Shown here: one piece after another, positions 1 to 13,419 of the stretch
How positions within the stretch are numbered: position 1 is the first letter of the stretch
How the letters are laid out: the number at the start of each line of letters is the position of its first letter
Source of the DNA: Octopus bimaculoides
Lineage: Eukaryota
Direction: 5' to 3'
Length of the DNA stretch: 64,000 bases
NCBI RefSeq assembly: GCF_001194135.2
Contig: NC_068983.1
Span: 143,075,156-143,139,155, forward strand
The notes under the pieces: model-generated
What the model was told of the DNA's origin: nothing
The model's input: the letters and a program-made list of their open reading frames with translations, nothing else
Databases searched by the model: none
Program-made: the position numbers and the translations under genes

Positions 1-544
1 TCTTGAATATTTTAAAAATTGAAACAAATGTATATTCATCATCATCATCCTGGTTTGACAGGATCCTATATGGACCCAAGGACTGCATTGAGCTCCTATG
101 TCTGTCTTGGTGTGTTTTTTTTTTTTTTTTTTTTTTGGCTGGGTGCCCTTTCTAATGCTAGCCACTTTACAACATGTGCTGGGTGCTTTTTTCATGCCAC
201 CAACACCAGATTGCATTAGAAATACAGCTACTTGAAGGTTAGATCCTGGTCAATGCTGAGAGAGCAGATCTATGATCAAAAATATATCAGCTATGACTGT
301 CCCATTTATTAATCAGCCAATATATCAAGTATCACATTACCCAATATAGTCTCTCATTTGAAGACTGAAATTTTGAGAGAATTAAATTTCTATTTTTAGC
401 AGGTCAGATAACTGTAGAAGTGCCCTCAATAGTTCAAATGAGGAAATATCATCCTCATTGCTATTTTAAGCTGGCATGGGTGATTGAGATTTTTTGGCAT
501 TACGTGCCAAACATGGAGAGATATGGTGTGCTTATTCTAAAAAC

Positions 545-710
545 TCTCCACTCTCAGAGTGGTTGGCATTAGGAAGGGCATCCAGCCATAGAAAACCATG
601 CCAAATCAGACTGGATCCTGGCGCAGCCTCCCAACGTGCCAGCCCTGTCAAACAGTCGAACCCATGCCAGCATGGACAACAGATGTTGAATGATGATGAT
701 GATGATGATA
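545..710 (+). mobile_element. RTE-type 3' end copy with (GAT)n tail
   Basis: gagtggttggcattaggaagggcatccagcc...cccatgccagcatggacaacagatgttgaa(tga)n, the reverse complement of the family at 63826..64000. Confidence 0.78.
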
Positions 711-1123
711 TAAAATGAATGAATAGCAGTGCTAGTATCGTAAATATTATCAACTGCACATACTCAATATATGTACTTTGTTTACTGGTTGCTGCAATAT
801 AGTACTTGAAGGATGCTATGTATGTGTGTGTGTATGTGTGTGTGTCTGACGAGAAAGAGGGAGAGAGATACATACTAAAAAAAAAAAACCATCTATTTCT
901 ATTCTAAAGATGTTCATATGTCCACTTCACACATAAGTCCAATTAAGTCCATCTGTGAAAACTGAAGTTTAAATGTTATATCACCATTTATTCCAGTCCA
1001 CTGTTTCCAGATCACCAGTCAATCCCATCATTTAATACAGCTTATTCATATATTTTGGTCGACCAACAACTAAATGTGCTACAATGTGTTGGATAAAATT
1101 ACTAAATACATACACATGCAAAC

Positions 1124-1129
<6 letters not shown>

Positions 1130-1200
<71 letters not shown>

Positions 1201-1344
1201 NNNNNNNNNNNNNNNNNNNNNNNNNNNNNNNNNNNNNNNNNNNNNNNNNNNNNNNNNNNNNNNNNNNNNNNNNNNNNNNNNNNNNNNNNNNNNNNNNNNN
1301 NNNNNNNNNNNNNNNNNNNNNNNNNNNNNNNNNNNNNNNNNNNN

Positions 1345-1407
<63 letters not shown>

Positions 1408-1430
1408 ATATGTATATATATATATTTTTA

Positions 1431-1470
<40 letters not shown>
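1130..1470. repeat. (GA)n and (AT)n microsatellites flanking an assembly gap
   Basis: Direct inspection; N-run 1201..1344. Confidence 0.97.
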
Positions 1471-1471
<1 letters not shown>

Positions 1472-4400
1472 CACACACATCACGTATGTACATAAATAAA
1501 GATATAAATAAAAATGCTCCCTTTGGCATCCCAAGTTGGTGAATATTTTTGAATAACTTGGTATTTTTTGCTAAATTAACCATTTGTCAGTAAATCAAAG
1601 CCGTTCCTTGAAACACTCATTTAATAAAAGTGACATTTGGTGCTAACACAAAACGAACATTGGACAAAAAAGAAAAAAAAAATGTTTACATTGAAATCTC
1701 TTTTGTCTTCTAATGGTTCCAGGTTCATCTACATGCCTAATATACATCTAATGATATAATGGAGTTTTTTTATTGAAAACTACCTGTGACCTTTACTAAT
1801 TTTCTGAATAAGCAGTATTAATTTTATCTATGTGTGTATATATATATATATATATGTATGTACGTTTGTATGCATATGTGCGTTTGTGTATGTACATAGA
1901 ACCCATGCAAGCATGGAAAAGCAGACATTAATGATGATGACGTATATATGCCCACACACACGCACATGCACACACACACGCACATGCACACACACACACA
2001 CACATGCATTTTTATATACATACATACATACATACACAATACATGTGTGTGTGTGTGTGCACACATACATGCATGTGTGTATGTATATTCTGTCAGTCCT
2101 ACATCATTCTTCTTTATATCTTACTCAGATTTCAATACACGTGGTGGTGTAGGCTTCTCGGTAGGTAAATCTTGGTAAATGAAGACTACAACCCAGTTTC
2201 AATCTCTATCAGATACCACTTATTGTCATAAGCATTTCTACTGCTATCTTTTTGCTTTTGTTAAATGAAAGCAATAGGTACCTAAATATCACATACACCA
2301 GTGAAATAAAGCTGGCTCTAACCCCAACTACACCCTGTTACCCTCAATCACTAACTCTCATAAAACTTCCCTTTACCCCATCCATCACTATCATTGCACA
2401 GTGATAACAGATGTCAGTTATGTCGGACTGCTGTGAAAGATGTAATATATATGCCGTCATCAACAGCTGCACTGTAATGTCATCATTCTGTACACAATCA
2501 TTTGTCCATGAAACATAATGTTACAGCAAGAACCCATCCTATCTGCAGCGATGATTATACTGATAGTAAAGAAGTGTACAAGATCCTGACATGCTTCAAT
2601 GCACCTATTGTTCTAGCAGCAAGGAATACAAGTAGAATATTTCAGTCAGAGTGTTTTTGAAATGGAAGCAGAATGGTTTTGTTATGTGGAGGTCAGTTAT
2701 CTTGGTTATGTGAAAGCAATATCAAATGGCAGTGAATATCCTTTGTTGAATCACATGTACACACACAAAAAGAGCAAACAAAAATACATGGACCTGAAGC
2801 TTAGCTATAGTTTCTACAATGTTAAATTGATGAGAAGATACTATTTACCTGGGTAGGACATTGGTCTACAAAGTGTTGTCCCCACCCCAACAGATGGACA
2901 TGACTTTGACATTGCAAATCAGACTCATTGATTTATTTTCAACTGCAACCACTGCTGTGGCTGTGTAGAGCTAAGTGAACTTGAACAGTTAAAGGACAGA
3001 CACAAGAGAAAACAAACCACATTCAGATCAATGTAAAGGCCAACACTAAACTGATAGAAATAATAATGATCAAAGATATTTTTTGTAAGATAGTTAAAAT
3101 AGGAGGAGGACAAGCTGGGCTCATAACCTTTGCAGTTCCTCTTCTGTTTAGTAAGACTGATGTGATTAACATTCAGTCATCATCATCATCATCATCATCA
3201 TCATCGTCCTCATCATCAACATCATCATCATCAGGAAAAGTTTGGGGGACGGAGAGCAGAGGGCACAGGCTGGGGTTCTTGGTAGTTGCTGTTTTAAGAT
3301 GGAAAGATTGAGTTTAAATTAGTATTGTGAGATATTATGAGGGTGAAAGGGGGGGGGGAGATGAGTAGGACATGTTGACCTGCATAGTGAAGGTATACAG
3401 CTAGCAACCACTTATTATAATTTCATTGTAGAATGCATTATGAGAATACTAAATTGACTCCAGTATTTTACTGGTACTTAATTTTATCACTCCCAGAAGA
3501 GATGAAAGATAAAATTGGCATTGATAGTATTTGAATTTAGAACAGACCATAACTAAATAATGCTAGCATTTTGTCTGAACCTCTAATATCTCTGCCAATT
3601 CAAATATTATAATAGCAAAAGAAGAGGCAGAATGAAGAATTGAACTATTTCCAGATGTTATCTACTAGCATGATTGACTAATATGATTGAATAATAGTGC
3701 AACAATGACCACACAATTTTTATTTCACAAAGTATTATAGGCAAAACTCTGAAGAATTAACTGCCATACACTATTCCATAGAAAGAAACTTCTATGAGAT
3801 TGCTTGATCTAATGAACAAAAAAAGCAGCTAAATCTCCTTCAGATTACATACTGCCATCTGTTTGATTCTTTTTTAGTGTGTCTACTTCGTGGTGAGCAC
3901 TGTCACAAGTTGACCTAAAAGTACACCAAGGCAAAAATACACGTTTATCAACAACTAAAAAAATTGCAATTGTAACAAAATATTTACAAGGGAAATACAG
4001 CTTAATATATTATGATCTTCATGTACCAATTCAAAATTCTACTGTTTTATCATACATTAAAACTATTTTATGGTAATAAGTAAAATACTTCAAGGAAGCA
4101 TTTATTTATGAAATATAAATATGGCAGGGTTTCACATAAACAATATAGTGAGATGAAAAAACTTGAACTTTTCTAATGTTTAAATTCTGATAAACAAAAC
4201 AGATAATGCTCCCTTCTAACCCTTGTCCACCATTCACCACATCCACCATTCAACATTACCTAATTTTTACAGTCATCACCTACTCTCCCTTATCTTTCCA
4301 CCAACATATAAAATCCATCAACACTTGTTCTTCATTCATTATACTTATTCCCTCCCCATTCTGTGTCTCTGACCATCCTTGATTCTTCCTGTGAAGATCC

Positions 4401-5327
4401 TCTCCAGCCATGAATGACCACGGGATTGCACCAAGAAGATGAACATTTAAAGATGATGATGATGATGTGGAGGAGAAGGAGGAGGAGGTGGACCATGTAA
4501 ATTGAAGTGGATCTGGTTTATGAAGGCAACTGGTGAAAGCAACCAGCATATGACATGTTTTAGTCTTATTAGATTTCTTCAGTACAACATATTTTACACT
4601 GTTTCAAGTGTAAGAGTGAACAATATATGTAACATATGCTGCAATGCTGGTTATGAATATCAGTGAAATGGTTGAAAGAAAATACTTTAAGGGGACATCC
4701 TGCATACTTAATACAAATACAGGGTGTTACATGTATGTAATATAATAACTAGAAACACTTTAATCGTTTGATATTATCCAAGTAATTAGTAGACGAAATC
4801 GCCCTTAAGGGATTGTTTAAAATCTTAAAACAAACAAGGAAGATAAAAAAAAAACAGTATGATCAGCTAGTCCAAATTTTTGGACAGTATAGTTAAATAA
4901 ACAAATAGTATAGACTCTATAGATAGTAATTGACAATATAGACAAATAGAATGTCTGGACAGTATAGAGAGTATAGAATGGAATAGAGTTGGTCTTTAAA
5001 GCCAACTGATGAAAGTAAGAAATTATAGCCATAGCCTACAGGCAATTGAAGGTCTGAGATTTAGTTTGGAAAATGAAGTTCAAGTTTGTCTTATAAATTA
5101 TAATGTTCATCATCTTGCATTTCAGTGTAAATTTATCATTCTATTTTTCTTTATATCTATTTGTCTATCTTTGTTTCTGTATGTATGTATATATGTAATG
5201 AGGGACTCTTAACTGTTGTAACAGCATCCTTCTGGGAGAGGAACACTCTGATGTAAAACCTGCAGTTTCACTTCATTATTTGTCATTTTGCTTTGGCCTG
5301 TCACAAAGATTCAGAGAATGGTACATA

Positions 5328-5739
5328 GGCGCAGGAGTGGCTGTGTGGTAAGTAGCTTGCTTACCAACCACATGGTTCTGGGTACAGTCCCACTGCGTGG
5401 CACCTTGGGCAAGTGTCTTCTACTATAGCCTCGGGCCGACCAAAGCCTTGTGAATGGATTTGGTAGACAGAAACTGAAAGAAGCCTGTCGTATATATGTA
5501 TATATATATATGTATGTGTGTGTATATGTTTGTGTGTCTGTGTCTTTTCCCCCACCATCGCTTGACAACCGATGGTGGTGTGTTGACGTCCCCGTAACTT
5601 AGCGGTTCGGCAAAAGAGACCGATAGAATAAGTACTAGGCATCCAAAGAATAAGTCCTGGGGTTGATTTGCTCGACTAAAGGCGGTGCTCCAGCATGGCT
5701 GCAGTCAAATGACTGAAACAAGTAAAAGAGTAAAAGAGT
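5328..5739 (+). mobile_element. tRNA-derived CORE-like SINE, full length and young
   Basis: A-box tggctgtgtgg, B-box-like ggttc...gtccc, CORE-like ggcaccttgggcaagtgtctt, internal (AT/GT)n, 3' tail gaaacaagtaaaagagtaaaagag. Confidence 0.85.
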
Positions 5740-7270
5740 ATATTGTACAAGCACTTATCACAATAATCCAGTGACATACAAATGTTTCTTAATGGTGACC
5801 TTATTCATTATTGCATCTTCTGAAAGTTCTATGGCAATGGCAAAGAGGCAGTTTGTGCAGACCTCACCAGCTGGAAGCTCACGGCAAGTTGCAACTCTTG
5901 TCTGTCACCTATGCTCTAAAGTCTAAACCATGCAGAACTGCAACAGGACTGAATAGTAATTGGAGAGGTCAAGGATGGAAAGTCAGAAATGCTATTGACA
6001 ACAAGGAAGCACAAGGAGACAGCAATCCTGTATGAAGATGGAGCAATCATCGTGTCTGTTATTATGTATGTAATATATAATCATGAAATTCTTGGCCTTT
6101 GAGTCACTTTAATAACTTCTACCGATTGAAAATAATAAAATATATATATTCATGTACTGAGTTCTCTTTACCTTGTTTGTTCTAGCAAACCAATATACAT
6201 ACACACACACAAACACAAGCACACACAAACTTTACCTATCTACCTAATAGGACAGTGTGTTATGGATGTTCTATGATTTGCTTCTACAGTATTTGTCTTT
6301 ATATCACATTTTCTGCATTATTCATAAAGATAGTTTATTGTCATTTAAACATATGGTATTTATTTAAATAAAGTGATGTTCAGTTATACCATATTATAAT
6401 GCTTAGCACATCCTGTTTCAACAGCCACAGTTCCCCACAAAAAGTACTCATAGAAACATATGGGTTGAATGCAAACCAGCAAACTGATGAAAAAAAAATT
6501 CTAACTTCAGAGAACACCACTGAAATTTGAGATATATCTAACTGATTGTCCAGGAAATAAGGAAAAAAAAAGCCAAAAAAAAAAAGGTAAAAAAGAAAAA
6601 CAAAATCAAACTAGCTTTGTTGATCTGAAAATAATATATAATTTACTTGCAAACAAGAAAATAGTAATAGTTACTGACTAATGTCATTTTTTATCCTTAC
6701 CACATATTTATTTCCAGTGAGTATTTTAGATTACATATATTACCCCTATCTTATCTATTATGCATAAAGACAACTATATATTAGGTTCTTTAAAGTGATG
6801 CAGTAGGAAGGATAGTATGGTAACTGACAATAGCTAGTATTGTCTCTGAGTTCAAATTTCACACAGGTTGATTTTGCTTTTCATCCCTCCAGGAGTGATA
6901 ACATAAATACTTAACAACTATTGCCATTTGCTTCCATTTATTAAATTTATTCCCTTCAAATTCAAGGTATTTTGCCAATATAAATTATAATATCAAGTTA
7001 TCCAAAGATATTTCCAAACCTTAATTAAAAACTATAATTCTGTTTTAATTTCCAGTTCATTTTGCATATACTTTTGGAGAAAACATGGCCATTACACAAT
7101 CTCATAATTGATGTACTCCTTTCTTCCTGCTTTTGTATTTCTAATTAAATTTTTGTTGCTCTGCATTAAATATTTTCACCCATGCTTAACTGTTAATTTT
7201 TATGTAGATGGCATCTCTCAGTAGTTAATCTCAATGTTTTTCTCTAAATGTTGAAATTTTCCATGCTTAC

Positions 7271-7442
7271 ACAGACTACAGTACTTTAATCCTGCTTAGT
7301 GATTCCCCTAATGGTATTTGGATGAATTTGAATCTTACTGAAGACTCTAGCCACAATCAAAGCAGTGTTACAACTACACCAGAATGAACTTGAAAGTTAT
7401 TGCTGCAGCTGGGCAGTGTTTCTATGTCCATGCAGCATTAAG
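7271..7442 (-). other. Candidate non-coding internal exon (172 nt)
   Basis: Minus-strand acceptor gagtttcatttttcAG (7444-7443) and donor CTGT|GTAAGC (7271/7270); all three frames contain stops, so UTR or lncRNA if real. Confidence 0.25.
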
Positions 7443-9069
7443 CTGAAAAATGAAACTCTTAAAAGAATCTATGAAATGTACTGATATAGGGGATATTGGA
7501 AATAAGTTGTGACTTTGAGACAAAATAATATTTTCTTGAAACTTAGGAGGGATTGTCACAGTTTGATCATAGGTTTATCTGATCATAGCTGATCAGTAGG
7601 TGAACATACAGGGGAGAGAATACAATATGCCCATATTGAGCAAATAAAGTATGTCCATACAATTAAGCATTGCATATTGGAATGTGAAATATTACTCTCA
7701 GTTAGGTAGATGCATGGTATACCTGTAATAAAAGTTCATGGATCATACCTACTCATTCAACCAGATGTGTACCATAGGTATGCTTGATCTAGGACTACAC
7801 AACAACTACTTCATTGAAATAAAAAGGGGCAATATCTGAAAGGATATTTCATAACAACAAATACACTAATAACAACAAAAACAGTATTAATGAAAATAAA
7901 AACAACAGGTTGAGAAATGTGAACCAGAAAATTCAGATCAGTTGTAACTGAGCACCAAAACTGGTACAGGGGGAGCCTCTATGTTGTCACTTGCTCTACT
8001 AGAAATAGAAGTTAAGCTTTGCATCACCCACACTCAATGACTTTGATAAAAACAAAAACAAATGGATAACATAGTTCAAGATACACAATAGCCAGGAGAA
8101 CAAGATGGTCATGGCAGGAATGCCTTTGATCAAAGGTCTGGGTTTCTAATTGTAATATTTGGTTATAGCCCTTTAAATTCTGAATTCAAATCTTGCTGAG
8201 ATCAAGTTTGCCCTTTATCCTTCTGCTGTCAATAAAGCAATGTACCAGTCAAGTACTGGAGTCAATTTATATTCCTAAAAAGCATCTGAGATGTGAATGG
8301 AATTATAATAGAAGGAGGACACTTCAGCTCTGTAAGAGAAATATGACCCAAAATTAGAACTAGATACTCCGCATTTTGTTTTTTATTATTTAATCAAAAT
8401 AGTTTGTGAATAGCATAGAAATGTCTTGGACTGAAGAGATTACACCATATCTCATCTTGTCTAAAAGCAAAATGATAACGTAAAGTGTGCAAAACATGGA
8501 CACAGATATTGGAAATATGCAGTTTTGTTTCATTTCTTTTACACCACATTATCTTTCTTTACTTCTCCTCTTGTTTTCTTTCACCCAACCACACTCAACC
8601 CCCTCCCTATCTCCCCCTTTTCTCTCTCAATCCTCTTGTGTGCTCATTCTCAATCTTGGATTGCTATTAAGAAAAAAAAACAAAACAAAAAAAATAAAAA
8701 CAAATCCAACCAACATTCTGTTTTCTGACAGAACCCCATTTAAACAAGCTAGCAAACTCTATAAAAAGAGATGGGTTTTAATGCCTTGGATAGAGAAACC
8801 ATTCTTCGAAGAAATAAGAAGTGCATTTGATGGTAGTTGTTGTTGCTTCATGTCAACCTTGTCTGAAGTGACTTAAAATAAAAAATTAATTAGTCATGGC
8901 CTGTACCTTTTTAAGACTTGCGTTCACTAGGCAATTATATGAACCACACCAGTCTAGGACTCCAATCCAATACTTTGCCTGGAGCCTATAATACTGTGTT
9001 AAGACAGTTCTGGTCATGACTATCCTATCTTTTTTGAAGATATCTAGAATTACATTTCATATAGATATA

Positions 9070-9237
9070 GGTGTAGGCATGGTTGTGTGGTAAGAAGCCT
9101 GCTTCCCAAACGTATTGGTTTGAATTCAGTCCTATTGCATGACACCTTGGGCAAATGTCTTCTACTAAAGCCTCAGGCTGATCAAAGCCTTCTGAGTGGA
9201 TTTGGCAGATACAAACTGAAAGAAGACCGTCATATAC

Positions 9238-9300
<63 letters not shown>

Positions 9301-9500
9301 CATGTGTGTGTGTGTCTTTGTTTGTCCCTCACCACCACAGAACAATCGAAGTTGATGTGTTTACGTCTTCGTAACATAGCAGTTTGGCATAAAAGGCTGT
9401 GAAAACAAGTACCATGCTTAAAGAAAAGTACTGGGAGTGATTCGTTCGACTAAAGCTCTTCAAAATGGTGCCCTATGACTGAAACAAGTAAAAGATAAAG
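9070..9500 (+). mobile_element. CORE-like SINE copy with expanded internal (AT)n
   Basis: Colinear with 5328..5739; (AT)n at about 9231-9297. Confidence 0.85.
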
Positions 9501-9895
9501 GTATGCACACACACTCATACAATAAATCTTTATTCAGTCAGCAACATTAGTGATTTTTCAATCACTGTTTTACTATATCACTAATGCTGGATTTTCTTTT
9601 AGCATGCAGTTGCCAGTGGCTATTTGCTACTGATGAAGCCCAAAGAAGCAGAAATGTACATCTACCAATGTCATCATCACTGCTGGACAATTTTTGTCTG
9701 TTACTGATATATTTTTTGTGTTTTAACACTGTATGCCTATAACCGATACTATCTCATGATTAATATCACAGTTAATTGGGCTTTCCATGATGTATCTGCT
9801 TTAAGTATTATACATAAATTGCTATTTTAAACTAATACGGTTTCTGTTGTCCCACTACACATTCTTTTTTTCTCTCCTTGTTTCTTTCTGTGTTC

Positions 9896-9931
9896 CTTTC
9901 TGTGGAGGAGCATAGGCTCGAAACGTTAAAG
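9896..9931 (+). ncRNA. Degenerate minimal type I hammerhead motif
   Basis: cttt-CTGTGGA-g-gagc(atag)gctc-GAAA-CGT-T-aaag: same architecture but core A6 changed to U, so probably inactive. Confidence 0.5.
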
Positions 9932-10042
9932 ACTTTTTCACTTCCCCAGCATTATACTAATACATGTTTGTTGTCTACACGACCTGTCTTCATCTTTTGT
10001 TTTTTTTTGTGAATTTTCCCTAAATGTATATATATATATATA

Positions 10043-10223
10043 TTATTGTGTCTGGGGAGAGTCGTTCTCTTTTAGTGCCTTATTATTTAATACACTCACC
10101 AGTTCAGTTTCCACTCATTTACTTATTTAGAAAAAATAAATAAGTAAATGAGAGGAAATCGAACTGGTGAATGTGTTAAATAATAAGGCACTAAAAGAGA
10201 ATGATTCTCCCCAGACACTGTAA
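10043..10223. repeat. About 180-bp foldback MITE with tiny loop
   Basis: gtgtctggggagagtcgttctcttttagtgccttattattta mirrored by taaataataaggcactaaaagagaatgattctccccagacac. Confidence 0.88.
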
Positions 10224-10294
10224 AATATGCTTCAACACATGAATTCACATAAAGAATCTTGTAAACCATATACAAAAACAAAATGAGATTTAGA

Positions 10295-10800
10295 GATGTA
10301 TTACTCAAAGATTTTGATGAAATAGAGGGGAATATAACATCACATGATGTGGAAGACAACTGGAGGTTTCTACAAGACAACCTGTTGAGGGCTACTGACC
10401 AGATCTGTGGATGGTGCAAAGTCTCCTCTTGACCCAAGGTAATGTGGTGGTGGAACAATGTAGCTGACAGGGCCATTAGGGAAAAGAAACAGGCATGGAA
10501 GGACTGGAAGAACGGTGGTAGCAGGGAACTGTATCAGCTTGCCAGAAGGGAAGCTAGGAAACAGGTTTACTTAGCCAGAGAGGAAGCGGATAAGAAAAAA
10601 TTTGCCAATGTTCTGCGTGGTGAAGACCAAAGACTTGAAGTGCTTCATGTTGCAAGATAGTGTGTGAGAGAGAATCATGATGTTGTAGAAGAGAAATGTG
10701 TCTGCATGGATGGTGGCTCACTTGCAGTTAATGAGGCTGCAAGGAGAGTTGGAGACTAGATGAAGAGAATGAATGGGAGAAAGAGAGTCTGCCAAATATC
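10295..10800 (+). mobile_element. RTE-clade LINE fragment (linker between endonuclease and RT)
   Basis: VEDNWRFLQDNLLRATDQICGWCK...WWWNNVADRAIREKKQAWKDWKNGGSRELYQLARREARKQVYLAR, typical RTE WWN linker; interrupted by stops. Confidence 0.85.
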
Positions 10801-11745
10801 TGACTATAAACTTGAAGTAATTGAAAAGTAATTATCTTTCAAATTCACACACACATACACACGTCATCACCATTTTAATGTTCACTTTTCCATGTTTGCA
10901 TGGGCTGGATAAGGTTTGTTGAGATTGGTTTTCTATGGTTGGATGCCCTTCCTATCACTAACCCTCACCTGTTTCCCAGCAAGGAAATATTTCTTCATTG
11001 TCAGACATGTTTTTTCATAGAACATTGGAAACGAATGACACTGCTTGTATGACAGTGACACTCATTTACAACTATCATACGATGTCTAGACAAAGAGGCA
11101 CAAGCACGCACTCATGCACACGCATACACACACACGCACAAGAAATCTTTTCATTAGTATTTTGGTGGAAAGTTGGAGAACTTGTAGATAATTTCTACAG
11201 TACGTTAATGAAGAGCTGCAATGTTAAGAATTTATTTATATTATGGGGAGAGTTTGTGGTGATGTGGGGGAGAAATGAGATATTGTCATGTTTAGCCGTT
11301 AGGAAAAGAAAAAAAAACTGATATCAGTTAGTTGTCCATAATTCAGATAAAAAAAAACACAGTCAATATGAGAATAACCAGCATATTACTGGTTATAGTC
11401 TATAACTGGTTGGAATGTTACCATCGGGTCTGCTCCAACTATTGCACTTGCTAACTAATATGTGTGTGTGTGTGTGTGTGCGCGCACGCATGCATGTCTG
11501 TTGAATTAAAATTATTTTAAAGTATAAGAGTAACAGAACATTTACTGATAGGGAGACTCAATACCAAGTGTCAAATCAACTTCTATAAATAATTCACGCA
11601 GAAAACTTATTGTAAATTTATCCTTCAAAACGAATTTTATCTGTGTGTGTAGCTAATGTCTTTGGAAAAATCAGAATATTATAAACCCAGTTCTTCTTAT
11701 ATTATTTGAGATTTTTTTTGTTTTATTCTAACCTGTTTCCCTTAC

Positions 11746-11990
11746 CTGTGGAACTGTTTCGTCAATAAATGAAATGTTTACTGACTGTTATATGTCGTGG
11801 TGTGGAGAGACAAAATAGTGTGTTTTGAAAAAGATGTTCAACAATAATAGGTGAGAAACGCCCATTACTATGCACGTTTGTTCCCTAAATCTATTATGGT
11901 AGATTTCATATTATCGCCAACGTTTGTCAAAACACTTGACTCTTCATGTACTTTTCTCAGTTCGGATGATTCATAGCATTTTGCTTGATA
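11746..11990 (-). other. Candidate first (non-coding) exon of a minus-strand gene whose body extends left
   Basis: Minus-strand donor CCACAG|GTAAGG at 11746/11745 (alternative AAACAG|GTTAGA about 12 nt further left) sits at the switch from CpG-retaining to CpG-depleted DNA. The 5' end is approximate. Confidence 0.4.
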
Positions 11991-13046
11991 ATTATTCTCT
12001 CTTTTTGTAAATGTACATTTTATCAAAAATCCCGACAAGAATTTTGCAGTAGAGGCGTGATTTTCTGTTTGTTTAGAAGTGGGTGTTATTTAGCTCAAAA
12101 CGATAGCTTTTTTTTCGATTTACATAATTTAAATTTTTTTTTAACTGAGAATTCTTCTGATGGTAAAACTATTTTCTTGTAGTCTTCATTGAGCAAATAT
12201 ATGATCAAAGGAATCTCTGCCATAACCAATCGATCTCTTTGTATATCAGACTACATTGTATAACGTGTCTTTCCTCTTTTAAGAGTGATTCAAGGGTTAT
12301 TTCGTTACAATCTCTAGCAGGTCGAACAACCGCGTAGAGGTTTCCGTTTCGCCCAGCTTTTTCAAAATTCAGACATCTTCAAATATTTAACTTTTGAAAT
12401 TAAAGATACTGACATCATAATTACTTATCACAAAAATAAGCTTAACTAGGGTTTGGCTGAGCATAAATAGTAATTACGCAGACTGCCCTAGGCAAGATTG
12501 CTAAAAAAATTTTTTTTTTTTTAACAAATATCTTCTAACATAACTGCGGGTCGATTAATACGTAGCGAAGAAAATTTGGTAGGCATAAATTTTGGAAGCC
12601 AGTTATGAGAATCAGTCAAAAAAAAAATCTTGTTTCATTTCTCCAATTGCGTTCCTCAACGCTCAGCTGTTATCCTTTTACCAAAGCGATACGACAAACA
12701 CCAGAGAGCATACTGATATTGATACAATTGGCTAAAACTATTGAAAGTGCACGTCCCAGCAATGCAGTAGTCTATAAAACTTATGAAAGAATAGAATAAA
12801 AAATACATTGTTAAAATTACGTTTTTGAATTTTTATTTAATTTTATCAATACTCCATATCTACCATTACTGTGGTACCACATCCTGGGTAGTCTGATTGC
12901 ACACATTGGTGTTGGTTATTATTTAATCCCAGGTCAGCACAGATCAAACAGATTTAATCTAACGTTCCGGCTGTGATCATCCGCGTGTTTCGGATGGCAG
13001 TATCTCTAGGGCTATACCGTTTAATATGTCTTTCCTCTTAGGTGGG

Positions 13047-13419
13047 TGGAGGCGCAATGGCCCAGTGGTTAGGGCAGCGGACTCGCGGTTTCGATTCCCA
13101 GACCGGGAGTTGTGAGTGTTTATTGAGCGAAAACACCTAAAGTTCCACGAGGCTCCGGCGGGGGATGGTGGCGAACCCTGCTGTACTCTTCCACCACAAC
13201 TTTCTCTCACTCTTACTTCCTGTTTCTGTTGTGCCTGTAATTCAAAGGGTCAGCCTTGTCACACTGTGTCACGCTGAATATCCCCGAGAACTACGTTGAG
13301 GGTACACGTGTCTGTGGAGTGCTCAGCCACTTGCACGTTAATTTCACGAGCAGACTGTTCTGTTGATCGGATCAACTGGAACTCTCGACGTCGTAAGCGA
13401 CGGAGTGCCAACAACAACA
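13047..13419 (+). mobile_element. Second tRNA-derived SINE family, young, (AAC)n tail
   Basis: Perfect A-box TGGCCCAGTGG (13058-13068), B-box-like ggtttcgattccc, CpG-rich body, caacaacaac tail. Confidence 0.8.

Noticed and set aside
1032-2178. ORFs of 76-152 aa with YIYI, ERER, LSLS, HTHT, CVCV runs
   Set aside because: Translations of dinucleotide microsatellites and N-gaps; the same applies at 18.5-19.0, 37.1-37.5, 44.1-44.6, 55.8-57.1 and 63.6-63.9 kb.
2380-3060. Possible exon cluster or ORF 2662..2856
   Set aside because: No recognisable domain, stops in all frames over the region, and no convincing splice-site pair.
4694-4730. tacagggtgt mariner-like TIR ends
   Set aside because: No partner TIR or transposase sequence could be identified.
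13047-13110. tRNA-like A and B boxes (also at 5328 and 23299)
   Set aside because: No complete cloverleaf and continuous with repeated SINE bodies; not tRNA genes.
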